Program-made: the position numbers and the translations under genes
Shown: positions 40,143 through 49,359 of the stretch, piece by piece
How the letters are laid out: each line of letters opens with the position of its first letter
Numbering within the stretch: the stretch's first letter is position 1
Notes under the pieces: model-generated
What the model saw: only the letters and a program-made list of their open reading frames with translations
Database searches by the model: none
Told to the model about the DNA's origin: nothing
Assembly (NCBI GenBank): GCA_035285865.1
Contig: JAYKHS010000027.1
Span: 11,229-75,228, forward strand
Origin: Candidatus Sericytochromatia bacterium
Lineage (GTDB): Bacteria > Cyanobacteriota > Sericytochromatia > S15B-MN24 > VGJW01
Direction of reading: 5' to 3'
DNA: 64,000 bases

Positions 40143-40215
40143 AGCCCCCGACAGGAATCGAACCCGCAACCACGCGATTACAAATCGCGCGCTCTACCAG
40201 TTGAGCTACGGAGGC
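40143..40215 (-). tRNA. tRNA-Thr(TGT), CCA not encoded
   Basis: GCCTCCGTAGCTCAACTGGTAGAGCGCGCGATTTGTAATCGCGTGGTTGCGGGTTCGATTCCTGTCGGGGGCT folds as a cloverleaf with anticodon TGT. Confidence 0.96.
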
Positions 40216-40255
40216 GCCCTTCAGGTATAACCCGCGGCCGCCTCGGTGCCAAGGG

Positions 40256-40837
40256 TCAGGTCGGACGGACCGTCCGATTGACCGCCGCCATCAGGTCCAC
40301 GTCCGACGTACCCTCGACCCAGCGCACCACGGCGTCCTCTGCTCGGACCAGCGCGCCATCCAGCGCCTCCCGTTCGTCGCCCCGAAACCGCGACAACACC
40401 CAATCCGCCAGATCCCAGCCTTCCGGACGGGCACCCACACCGACCCTCAGACGCGCAACATCCTGCGTGGCCAGATGCCTGATGATGGACTGCAGGCCTT
40501 TCTGGCCGCCGGCCGAGCCCTGGCGCCGATACCGCAGCCCTCCCACGGGCAGATCGATGTCATCGGAGACCAGCAGGATGTCCTGAAGCGGAATCTTGTG
40601 GAAGGTCTGCAGGGCCTTGACCGACTCTCCGGAGAGATTCATGTAGGTCATCGGCCACAACAGCAGGACGCGCTCGCCGCCTGCACGCACGTCGGCGACC
40701 TCGCCCTTGAACCGGGCCTCGCGTCGCGGGATGCCGGAGAATCGGGCCGAGAGGCGATCCAGGACCATGAACCCGGCGTTGTGGCGGGTTTCCGCGTACT
40801 CGGCCCCAGGATTGCCCAGGCCGACGACCAGTTTCAT
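40256..40837 (-). CDS. pth: Peptidyl-tRNA hydrolase
   Basis: MKLVVGLGNPG, TRHNAGF, TYMNLSG, GSAGGQKGLQS, RLRVGVG. Confidence 0.96.
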   Translation of the reverse strand: MKLVVGLGNPGAEYAETRHNAGFMVLDRLSARFSGIPRREARFKGEVADVRAGGERVLLLWPMTYMNLSGESVKALQTFHKIPLQDILLVSDDIDLPVGGLRYRRQGSAGGQKGLQSIIRHLATQDVARLRVGVGARPEGWDLADWVLSRFRGDEREALDGALVRAEDAVVRWVEGTSDVDLMAAVNRTVRPT

Positions 40838-40844
40838 CTCCGAC

Positions 40845-41846
40845 CTACTCAAAGAGCATGGAGACCGACAGGTCCTCGTGGATGCGGTTGATGGCCTGGG
40901 CCAGCAGGTCCGCGACGGAGAGCACCGTGATCTTGTCCAGCTTGCGCGAGGGTTCGAGCGGGATGCTGTTCGTGATGGCCAGTTCGACGATGGGGGACTC
41001 TGCCAGGCGCTCGATGGCCGGGCCGGAAAGCAGGCCGTGGGTGGCGGCCGCATAGACCTCGGCAGCCCCTTCCCGGACCAGCAGGCGCGCCACCTCGGTC
41101 AGCGTCCCGGCCGTGTCGATCATGTCGTCGACGATGATGGCCGTCTTGTCCCGGACATCGCCGATGACGCTCATGACCTCGGCGATGTTGTGCTTAGGAC
41201 GACGCTTGTCGACGATGGCGATGGGCACGTCCAGCTTCTTGGCGTAGACCCGGGCCCGAGACACGCCGCCCACGTCCGGGGAGACGATGACCATCTCGCG
41301 GTCAGCCTTGCGCTTCTGTTCCATCCAGCGGGCCAGTACCGGCGTGGCGTAGAGGTGGTCCGAGTTGATGTCGAAGAACCCCTGGATCTGCGGGGCATGC
41401 AGGTCAAGACAGACCACCCTGCTTGCCCCCGCCGTCGTCAGCAGGTCCGCCACCAGCTTGGAGGTGATGGCCTCGCGTCCCTGGGCCTTGCGGTCCTGCC
41501 GGGCGTAGGCGAAGTAGGGAATGACGGCGATGACCTGGTGGACGCTGGCACGTTTGAAGGCATCGAGCAGGATGCACAGCTCGACAAGGTTGTAGTTGAC
41601 GGGATGGCAGATGGGCTGGACCAGGAAGACATCTGCGCCGCGGACCGACTCCTGGATCTGGACGTAGATCTCGCCGTCGGCGAAGTTGGCGATCTTGACG
41701 GGGCCTACGGGCAAGCCCAGGAGACTGGCGATCTCGGCCGCAAGGCCCGGGCTGGCCGACCCGGAGAAAATCTTGAGCGGGCGTCCCGTACCGGAGGCTG
41801 GCGTCTGCAGCGGGGTCGGGGTCGCGTCGAGGGCAGTCACGGTCAA
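40845..41846 (-). CDS. prs: Ribose-phosphate pyrophosphokinase
   Basis: FADGEI, PYFAYARQDRK, DLHAPQIQGFF, VSPDVGG, IVDDMIDTAGTL. Confidence 0.97.
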   Translation of the reverse strand: MTVTALDATPTPLQTPASGTGRPLKIFSGSASPGLAAEIASLLGLPVGPVKIANFADGEIYVQIQESVRGADVFLVQPICHPVNYNLVELCILLDAFKRASVHQVIAVIPYFAYARQDRKAQGREAITSKLVADLLTTAGASRVVCLDLHAPQIQGFFDINSDHLYATPVLARWMEQKRKADREMVIVSPDVGGVSRARVYAKKLDVPIAIVDKRRPKHNIAEVMSVIGDVRDKTAIIVDDMIDTAGTLTEVARLLVREGAAEVYAAATHGLLSGPAIERLAESPIVELAITNSIPLEPSRKLDKITVLSVADLLAQAINRIHEDLSVSMLFE

Positions 41847-43267
41847 GGGGTCCTCGTGGCGGGTCGGGACATGGCGTGTCGGCGGGCCACCCAGCCCTCC
41901 TTCACGACCTGCTGGGCACGCCCCAGAGCCAGGGCGCCCTCGGGCACATCGCGCGTCAGGGTGGAACCGGCGGCCGTGTAGGCACCGGCCCCGACGACGA
42001 GCGGCGCGACGAGCGTGTTGTTGGTGCCGATGAAGGCCCCGGCCCCGATGGTGGTGGGGTGCTTGCGCTCGCCGTCATAGTTGCACGTCACGGTGCCGCA
42101 GCCGATGTTGGCGGCAGCCCCGACGGTCGCGTCCCCGAGGTAGCTCAGGTGCGCGGCCTTGGCACCGTCCCCGAAGCGCACCTTCTTCATCTCGACGAAG
42201 TTGCCGATACGGGCCTCGGCACCCACCTGGACGCCATCCCGCATCCGGGCGTACGGGCCCACCTGGGTCCCGGCACCGATGACCGCATCGGCCAGGTCCG
42301 AGGAGCGCACGGCGACTCCGTCTCCCAGCTGCACGTCCTGAAGGCGGCTCTGGCTGCCGATGCGGCAACCGCGGCCAGTTGCCGATCGTCCGTAAATCTG
42401 GGTGAAGGGCTCGATCACGGTGTCGGGTCCGAGGCAGACCTCCGGACCCAGGTGCGTGGTGGCCGGGTCCTCGATGGTAACCTGTCGCTCGAGCCAGTAG
42501 GCCGCACGGCGCTGGCGCCAAAGCGCACCCGCGGCCACGAGCTCCGCGCGATTGTTGATGCCGACGGTCTGTGTCCAGTCGACGAGCGTATGGGTGGAAA
42601 CGCGTGCGCCGGCTCCGACCAAGGCCGCGATGGCGTCCGTCAGGTAGTACTCACCCTGGGCGTTTGCCGTCCCCAGAGTGTCGAGGGCGCGGGACAGCGC
42701 CGGCCACGAGGCAAGATACACGCCCACGTTGATCTCGGCGATGGCGCGCTCCTCGGGCGAGGCATCCTTGTGCTCGACGATGCGGGAGACCCGCCCGGAG
42801 TCGTCCCGCACGATCCGGCCAAGGCCGGTCGGGTCGGGCATCACGGCCGTCAGGAACGTCAATTCGGCCTGTTCCCGGGCGTGGGCCTCGAGCATGGCCT
42901 CGAGGGTCGCGGTCTCGAGCAACGGCACGTCGCCGTTGAGAATGAGCACGCTGCCACCAAAGCCTTCGAGTGCCGGACGCGCCTGCATCACGGCGTGGCC
43001 GGTACCCAGCTGGGGCTCCTGCAGCACCGGGGTCACGCCCGGCCAGCGGCGCCCCAGGTAGGCACGGACCTGATCCGAACCATGGCCCGTGATCACCACG
43101 GCCCGTTCAAGTCGGCCGGAGGTGCGCAGTTCGGCCAGTCGGGCAAGCACGAAACCCAGCAGGGGCTCGCCCGAGATTTCATGCAGCACCTTCGGGAGGT
43201 CGGAGGCCATGCGAGTGCCCTTGCCCGCAGCCATCACCAGGGCGACACAACCTGCGCTGGCTGTCAC
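41843..43267 (-). CDS. glmU: Bifunctional UDP-GlcNAc pyrophosphorylase / glucosamine-1-phosphate acetyltransferase
   Basis: MAAGKGTRMASDLPKVLH, QLGTGHAV, NAQGEYYLTD, IGNFVEMK, HLSYLGDA, CNYDG. Confidence 0.96.
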   Translation of the reverse strand: MTASAGCVALVMAAGKGTRMASDLPKVLHEISGEPLLGFVLARLAELRTSGRLERAVVITGHGSDQVRAYLGRRWPGVTPVLQEPQLGTGHAVMQARPALEGFGGSVLILNGDVPLLETATLEAMLEAHAREQAELTFLTAVMPDPTGLGRIVRDDSGRVSRIVEHKDASPEERAIAEINVGVYLASWPALSRALDTLGTANAQGEYYLTDAIAALVGAGARVSTHTLVDWTQTVGINNRAELVAAGALWRQRRAAYWLERQVTIEDPATTHLGPEVCLGPDTVIEPFTQIYGRSATGRGCRIGSQSRLQDVQLGDGVAVRSSDLADAVIGAGTQVGPYARMRDGVQVGAEARIGNFVEMKKVRFGDGAKAAHLSYLGDATVGAAANIGCGTVTCNYDGERKHPTTIGAGAFIGTNNTLVAPLVVGAGAYTAAGSTLTRDVPEGALALGRAQQVVKEGWVARRHAMSRPATRTP

Positions 43268-44376
43268 GGCCGTTCCCTCCTGCGCGGCTGATCGTACCAC
43301 GGCGCCACGTCGTCGCCCGTCGGCTCCCCGCCTTCATCCTCGGCCTCGCCAAGCTGGTCCCGCAGACGCTGGTTCGCGAGGCGCCGCGAATCGGCCCGTG
43401 CCTCGCCCGGCAAACGGACCAACCGGCGACCCTCGCCCTCCCGGGCGCCACCCGTCCACTTCGTGCCGGCCTCGACCTTGCGGGAGCTCTGCTGCCGCAG
43501 ACGCCACGCCTCCTCCAGCTCGTCGACGAAACGCAAATAGGAGGCCCTGCGGCTTTCCGACATCGCGCCCGAGGCGACGACCCGGCATCCCGGTTCGTTG
43601 CGGTGGCTGCATTTCGAGAGCGGACATCCGGCCGCGTGGGGCGCGGCCTCCGGGAAGACCCACGCCAGATCCTCGGGCGGCCAATCCGGCAAGGCGAGGT
43701 GGCTGTATCCCGGGGTGTCCGCGACGAGGCCCCCGTGCACCGAATGGAGGGACGCGAAGGTGGTGGTGTGCCGTCCCCGGCCCGAACGCTCGGAGACTTC
43801 GCCCTCCCGCAGAGCCAACCCCGGCGACAGGGCATTGACCAGTGCGCTCTTGCCGACACCCGACGGACCCGCCAGCACCGTGATGCGGCCCGAGAGCCAC
43901 ATCGGCAGCTCTCCCATCTCGTCCCGGCGCACCGAAACCGCCGTCGCGGCATAGCCTACGGAACGATAGTGCTCTACCCGTTCACGGGCCACGGCGTCGG
44001 GCACGAGGTCGGTCTTGGTCCACACAATCCTGGGCTCGAGCCCGCTCATGTGCACGAGGATGAGGAACCGGTCGAGGGTGCCAGGCTGGAACTCAGGTTC
44101 ATCCGAGGCCACGACCACCACGACCTGATCCACGTTGGCGACCGACGGCCGTCGCAGCGCATTGCGTCGCGGGGCCAGAGCCGAGATGACCGCAAGATCA
44201 TTGGCCGGGTCGAGTCCATCCAGGGTGACGGTATCCCCGATGAGAACAGCCCCCTGCTCCTTGCGCAGACGAGCCCGAACCTGGCATGCCCAGTCACGGT
44301 CCCCCGCGCGGACCCAGAAGACGTTGTTGACCCGGCGAACGACCGTGCCTTCCAGGGAGGGGGCAGCCCCGGCCAT
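43264..44376 (-). CDS. rsgA: Ribosome small subunit-dependent GTPase A
   Basis: RPSVANVD, TKTDL, GPSGVGKSAL, RGRHTT, DTPG, CPLSKCSHRNEPGC. Confidence 0.95.
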   Translation of the reverse strand: MAGAAPSLEGTVVRRVNNVFWVRAGDRDWACQVRARLRKEQGAVLIGDTVTLDGLDPANDLAVISALAPRRNALRRPSVANVDQVVVVVASDEPEFQPGTLDRFLILVHMSGLEPRIVWTKTDLVPDAVARERVEHYRSVGYAATAVSVRRDEMGELPMWLSGRITVLAGPSGVGKSALVNALSPGLALREGEVSERSGRGRHTTTFASLHSVHGGLVADTPGYSHLALPDWPPEDLAWVFPEAAPHAAGCPLSKCSHRNEPGCRVVASGAMSESRRASYLRFVDELEEAWRLRQQSSRKVEAGTKWTGGAREGEGRRLVRLPGEARADSRRLANQRLRDQLGEAEDEGGEPTGDDVAPWYDQPRRRERP

Positions 44377-45446
44377 CAGGCCTTCCCGGACTCCACGGGC
44401 TGTCCTTCCTCGTGGCGTCGCCGCAACTGGCCGCAGGCCCCGTCGATCTCGGCACCCCGCTCGCGACGCACCGTCGCCGGATGACCGGCCGCATCGAGGA
44501 CATCCCGGAACGCACGCACCCGCGCGGCTGGCGAGGTCCGGAAGACCGTGTCGGTTGCATTGAAGGGGATCAGATTGATGTGAACGGGAAGGTCGCCGAT
44601 CCAGCGCGACAAGGCCCGGGCCTGGTCGGGATGATCGTTGACGCCGTCGAGCAGCACGTACTCGACCGAAATCCGCCGTCCCGTGAGGTCGAAGTAATCG
44701 ACCATCGCCTCGCGCAGCTCCGCCAGTGGATACCGCTTGTTGATGGGGACAAGGCGATCCCGGAGCGCATCGTCCGGGGCATGCACCGAGACGGCGAGTG
44801 TCAGTTGCAGTTTCTCGGCGGCGAGGCGACGGATGCCGGGCACGATGCCGGACGTCGACAGCGTCAGGTGCCGCATGCCGATGCCGACGGACTTGTTGAG
44901 CAGATGGACGGCGGCCAGCGTCTCGTCGTAGTTGAGAAAGGGCTCGCCCATGCCCATGAAGACCACGTTGGTTATGCGATGGCCCGCCTCGACCTGCATC
45001 CGCAGCACCTGCTCGACCATGTCGCCGGCCGTGACGTTGCGTTGGAAGCCGGCGAGTCCCGTGGCGCAGAACGCGCAGCCCACGGCACACCCCACCTGCG
45101 TCGAGATGCAGGCCGTGACGCGCTCGGGGCCCTCGAGGCCGTCTCCATAGGGCATCAGGACCGACTCCAGGGTGCCGTCACGATGCCCGAACAGATACTT
45201 TCGCGTCCCGTCGCTGGCCTCGCGACGCTGCAAGAGCCTCAGGCGTCCAGCGTCGACGTGCCCCCCCAGCCACTCACGGAAGGCCGCCGGCAAGTCGCTC
45301 ATGCCCTCAGGGGCGAAGCAACCTTCCTTGAAGACCCAGCGCGCCAGTTGGCGGGCACGATAGGCAGGCTGACCGGCCGAGACCACGAGGGCCTCGAGGC
45401 GGTCGGCCGTCAGGCCGGGCAGGTGGGGACGTTCGGTCGGGGTCAA
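44376..45446 (-). CDS. rlmN: 23S rRNA/tRNA adenine C2 methyltransferase (radical SAM)
   Basis: DGTRKYL, CISTQVGCAVGCAFCATG, VFMGMGEP, EIDGACGQL; TTG start overlapping the rsmB stop. Confidence 0.95.
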   Translation of the reverse strand: MTPTERPHLPGLTADRLEALVVSAGQPAYRARQLARWVFKEGCFAPEGMSDLPAAFREWLGGHVDAGRLRLLQRREASDGTRKYLFGHRDGTLESVLMPYGDGLEGPERVTACISTQVGCAVGCAFCATGLAGFQRNVTAGDMVEQVLRMQVEAGHRITNVVFMGMGEPFLNYDETLAAVHLLNKSVGIGMRHLTLSTSGIVPGIRRLAAEKLQLTLAVSVHAPDDALRDRLVPINKRYPLAELREAMVDYFDLTGRRISVEYVLLDGVNDHPDQARALSRWIGDLPVHINLIPFNATDTVFRTSPAARVRAFRDVLDAAGHPATVRRERGAEIDGACGQLRRRHEEGQPVESGKA

Positions 45447-46840
45447 GGTTGGACGTGCTGGATACGGGCGAGGAAGAAGCCCTCCGTGCCGTGACGGTGG
45501 GGCATCAGGGTGATCATGCCACGCGCGGCCTCCTCCGACCACGCCGCTGGCAGCCACGGGCGCATGTCGGCCGCCCGCGCCCGAGGTTCCGACGCCAGAA
45601 AAGCCTCCACCACGCCCTCGTTCTCGGCGCGGGCAAGGGTGCAGGTCGCATAGACGAGGACGCCACCCGGCCGCAGCAGGGCGAAGGCCGTCCGCAGCAT
45701 CCGCGCCTGCAAACGCGCCAGTTCTTCCGTCCGTTCGGACGTCCAGCGCCAACGCAGGTCGGCCTTGCGGTACAGCGTGCCCAGTCCGGAACAGGGTGCA
45801 TCGAGCAGAACCCGGTCGCAGCCTCCGGCCACCAATCCGGCCTCCGCCAGCGCCACGGGATCAGCGGCATCCGCCTCGACGACTTGCGGCGTGCCCAGTT
45901 GCCAGCGCCGGACATTCTCGCGCAACCGCTCCAGGCGGGACCCGCGGAAATCCACGGCCACGACCGTCCCTTGGCCGGCGAGCCGATGGAGGATGTGCCC
46001 GGTCTTGCCTCCCGGCGCGGCCCCCAGGTCGGCAATCCGTTCTCCCGGCCGGGGGTCGAGCACGTGGGTCGCGAGCATGGCGGCGGGTCCCTGCACGGCC
46101 CATTGCCCCTCGGCGAAACCGGGCAGATCCGGCAAGCGTCCCGGCGAGGCCACCCTCAACTCCTCGGGCACGAGCGGCCCCGCTTCCGCCGCGACGCCGG
46201 CCTCGAGCATCCGGGCGACCAGCGCCTCGCGGTCGACGTGGACCCGCAGGGCAAAGGGCGTGGGCCGCTGCGCCGCGACCGCCAAGGCGAGTGCATCCGC
46301 TGGCCCGCGCTCGGCCCACCACAGCTCCACCAGCGCATCCGGCAGGGACAAGGCAGCGGCGACCCCGGCAGGATCCAAGGTGGCTGGGTCCGACGCCGCC
46401 ATCGCCGCGACGTGGCGACTCCAGGAACGCTCTTCCGAGCCAGCCAGGCGGCGCAAGACGGCATTCACCATGCGTGCGGCACCCTCATGGGCCACCAGCC
46501 GGGCCAGCTTCACCGACTCGGAGACCACGGCGTGGTCCGGCAGCCGGTCCATGGCCACCAGTTGGACGGCGCCCGTGCGCAGCACCTCCCGGACGGGCGC
46601 ATCCAGACGTTCCAGCGGTCGGTCGAGCAGGGGGGCGAGGAGGCCGTCAACGTAGCGCTCGAGCCGCGTCGTCTCCTGCAGTAGCGCCGTCAGGAACTCG
46701 CGGTCGCGGTCGGCCCAGCCTGCAGGCATGTCCTCGAGCAGGCGGTCGGGCCAGGCTCCGGACTCGGTCACGGCAAGGCGCTTGCGGACGGCCAGCCCCC
46801 GCGGGGAGGCCGGCAGGCGCCCTGCGCGTCCTCTGCCCAC
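45443..46840 (-). CDS. rsmB: 16S rRNA m5C967 methyltransferase RsmB/Sun
   Basis: NusB-like N-terminus (VNAVLRR), DLGAAPGGKT, LLDAPCSGLG, VYATCT, ENEGVV. Confidence 0.92.
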   Translation of the reverse strand: MGRGRAGRLPASPRGLAVRKRLAVTESGAWPDRLLEDMPAGWADRDREFLTALLQETTRLERYVDGLLAPLLDRPLERLDAPVREVLRTGAVQLVAMDRLPDHAVVSESVKLARLVAHEGAARMVNAVLRRLAGSEERSWSRHVAAMAASDPATLDPAGVAAALSLPDALVELWWAERGPADALALAVAAQRPTPFALRVHVDREALVARMLEAGVAAEAGPLVPEELRVASPGRLPDLPGFAEGQWAVQGPAAMLATHVLDPRPGERIADLGAAPGGKTGHILHRLAGQGTVVAVDFRGSRLERLRENVRRWQLGTPQVVEADAADPVALAEAGLVAGGCDRVLLDAPCSGLGTLYRKADLRWRWTSERTEELARLQARMLRTAFALLRPGGVLVYATCTLARAENEGVVEAFLASEPRARAADMRPWLPAAWSEEAARGMITLMPHRHGTEGFFLARIQHVQP

Positions 46841-46852
46841 GTCCCGAGAGTA

Positions 46853-47983
46853 TCACGGCGCAGGCACGATCCACCGCAGGCGCGGCGTCCCGAGATCGGC
46901 CACGAGCAGCCCGCCCTGCCACGCAATCAGGCCCGCCGGCCGGATGAAGCGCGCCTTGGCCGGCGGGCCGTCGTCCCCGGACGTTCCCGATTCACCCGTC
47001 CCCGCCAGCATCTGTCGCACGCCTCCGGCGGAGAGGTGCAGAATCCGGTGCGTTTCCCCGCTCGCCACGAGCATCCCGCCTGCGCCGTCCCCAAGCAGTG
47101 CGGAAGGCTCCGGGACGGCCTCCGCAAGCACGGTCCAGCGGCCCCCGGGCGTCAGCGAGAGGATGCGGCCGCTGCCGCCCTCACCCACCACCAGGTGGCC
47201 GTCCGCACGCATCAGCAACGACAGCGGACGATCGAGCGGCGTGCCTCGCGCCACGATGCCGGACTCCGCGGGCCCGGACTGCCCGGTTCCGGCAAGGACC
47301 TCGCCGCCACCGGCGGCATCCAGGCGAAACAGCCGATGCCCGAGGAAGTCCGCGACGAGCAAGCCCCCCGAGGCATCGACCGCCAGGCCTGCGGGGCCTT
47401 GCAGCATCGGCAGTCCGGCCGGCCAAGGGAGGGTCCCGAGCACGCCCGCACGATCCAGCGTGCGCAAGCGACCGTTGCCGTAATCCGCGATCACCTGACG
47501 GTCGCCCCAGACACAACCCGCGAAGGGAGTCCAGAGTTGCCCATCCGGCCCGGCGCCGCCATCCCCGGACCAGCCACGGGCACCCCAGCCGATGCGCCGA
47601 CGCAACAGGTCGTCCCCGAGCGACCAGACGGCGTGCCCACCGGCATCCGCGAGCCACGCCTCGCCATCGGCCAGCCAGAGGCCCGCCGGTGCCTGCAGGA
47701 CCGCAGGCAGGTCCGGGGTGCGGATGCGTCCTCCAGCGAGGCGCTCGACCCACGAGGCAGATCGCGGCGTCGGCTCGGGGGGGCGAGGGCCTGTGGACGA
47801 CGGATCGGCCACGCCCGAGTGGGCATCCACCGATCCTTGACCGACAGGGGCTTCCGGACGCGGCGCAGATGACGGTCCCGGAACCGGAACGGGGATCTGG
47901 ACGCATGCAACCAGCAGGCAGGCCATCACGCCCGAGGCCGGCGAGCATCTCCGGACACGGGCCCACGTCTCACGGAAGACCAT
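46853..47983 (-). CDS. NHL-repeat beta-propeller lipoprotein
   Basis: LLVAC lipobox; repeated PAGLAVD...LLVAD...R and LAGTG..G.SGD.GP motifs; start uncertain (47926 alternative). Confidence 0.78.
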   Translation of the reverse strand: MVFRETWARVRRCSPASGVMACLLVACVQIPVPVPGPSSAPRPEAPVGQGSVDAHSGVADPSSTGPRPPEPTPRSASWVERLAGGRIRTPDLPAVLQAPAGLWLADGEAWLADAGGHAVWSLGDDLLRRRIGWGARGWSGDGGAGPDGQLWTPFAGCVWGDRQVIADYGNGRLRTLDRAGVLGTLPWPAGLPMLQGPAGLAVDASGGLLVADFLGHRLFRLDAAGGGEVLAGTGQSGPAESGIVARGTPLDRPLSLLMRADGHLVVGEGGSGRILSLTPGGRWTVLAEAVPEPSALLGDGAGGMLVASGETHRILHLSAGGVRQMLAGTGESGTSGDDGPPAKARFIRPAGLIAWQGGLLVADLGTPRLRWIVPAP

Positions 47984-48048
47984 GCCACCAGCGTGCGCGT
48001 CACAAGCGCACGAGGAGATCTCGCTCGCGTGGCATGCCGATGAAGCCT

Positions 48049-49203
48049 TCAGGGCAAGCGGTCGAGGGCCAGGATGCCGGCTCCGAGGCCAGGATCTGCC
48101 GCCGGCCGCGTGGCCTGCCGGAGCAGGGACAGGATGCGCTCCCGCGGCGCACCCGGATGGCCCTCGAGGAGCATCGCCAGCGCACCGGACACGAAGGGGG
48201 CCGCCATCGACGTACCCGAGTCGACACCCCAGCGCCCGCCGGGCAGCGTGGACAGGATGCCCTCACCCGGCGCGGCCAGGGCCACGCCAGGGCCGTGGTT
48301 GGACCAGCGGCAGCGACGCCCCTCGCGGTCGACGGCAGCCACGCCGAGGATTCCTGGCGTGTTGGCGGGCTGGGTGACGGCCGCCCCTTCGTTGCCCGCC
48401 GAGGCCACGATCCACGCCCCCTGATCCGCAGCCCAGCGGGCAGCCCGTTCATAGAACGGACTCAAGCGCGTGTCGCGGGAGTTGAGCGACATGTTGACGA
48501 TGCTGGCCCCGCGCCGGACGGCCCACGCGAGGCCCTCCAAAGCCGCGGCATCGTGGCCGCGTCCCCGATCCATCACCTTGACCGGCAGGATGCGAATCCT
48601 CCAGCACAGGCCTGCCCCGCCGACTCCATCATCACCCGCGGCCCCGAGAATCCCCGCGACGTGCGTGCCATGCCCGTCACGGTCGGTCGTGTCCGCATCG
48701 TGGGCGAGGGTGTTCCATCCCGAGAGGACGCGACCGCGCAGTTCCGGATGGCCCGGATCGACGCCGGTATCCAGGATGGCGACGAGGCGATCGCCCCCAT
48801 CCCGGCCGCGGGCCCACGCCGAGCGGGCATCAAGGTGGCCGGGTGCCAACGCCCACTGACGATCCAGCAGGGGGTCGCCGGGCAGGTCCGGAGCGGCACC
48901 GACATCGGCTTGCCGGATCCACGAGGGTGCAGCCGCACGAACGCCCGGAAGGCGCTCGAGCCGAGCCAACAGAGGCTGCCATGTCCCGGGCGGAGTGGCC
49001 CAGAAGGCCATCGTGCCACCCATGTCCCAACTCCGCTGCGGCGAAGGCAGACCGGCCTGTCCCCGCCACGGATGATCGCTGCCGAGGGCCATCGCGACGA
49101 TACCGACAGGCTCGACGACGGGCTCCGGCCCTGCGGGCACGGATGCACCGCACGCCAGCAGCGTGGGCAGAAACCAGGAGAGCAGTCGGGCAGCACGGTT
49201 CAT
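48049..49203 (-). CDS. Subtilisin-like S8 serine peptidase, lipoprotein
   Basis: LLAC lipobox; catalytic motifs ILDTGVD, HGTHVAG, SGTSMAAP. Confidence 0.92.
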   Translation of the reverse strand: MNRAARLLSWFLPTLLACGASVPAGPEPVVEPVGIVAMALGSDHPWRGQAGLPSPQRSWDMGGTMAFWATPPGTWQPLLARLERLPGVRAAAPSWIRQADVGAAPDLPGDPLLDRQWALAPGHLDARSAWARGRDGGDRLVAILDTGVDPGHPELRGRVLSGWNTLAHDADTTDRDGHGTHVAGILGAAGDDGVGGAGLCWRIRILPVKVMDRGRGHDAAALEGLAWAVRRGASIVNMSLNSRDTRLSPFYERAARWAADQGAWIVASAGNEGAAVTQPANTPGILGVAAVDREGRRCRWSNHGPGVALAAPGEGILSTLPGGRWGVDSGTSMAAPFVSGALAMLLEGHPGAPRERILSLLRQATRPAADPGLGAGILALDRLP

Positions 49204-49308
49204 CGGCGCACCCCCGAACCGCACGCTGCCCGCGACCGGCAAGGAACTCCACGGCAGACCGGGCCGGAGAATTCGGCCCAAAGCCCTTCCCAAGTGGCGG
49301 AGAATCTG

Positions 49309-49341
49309 TTAGTTAAACGTTAGTCAGGGTCTCCTTAGTCA
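49309..49341. promoter_or_regulatory. Three TTAGT(T/C)A direct repeats in an AT-rich divergent intergenic region
   Basis: TTAGTTA at 49309, TTAGTCA at 49320, TTAGTCA at 49335. Confidence 0.55.
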
Positions 49342-49359
49342 GAAATTAACCTCTTCCCC

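Noticed and set aside
28600..40143. Genomic island integrated at the 3' end of tRNA-Thr
   Set aside because: Accessory-looking genes lie downstream of the tRNA, but I found no integrase, no transposase and no duplicated tRNA 3' end.
47098..49323. 741-aa plus-strand ORF and similar Arg/Pro-rich ORFs throughout the track
   Set aside because: Off-frame or antisense to recognisable genes (NHL protein, S8 protease); composition typical of non-coding frames.
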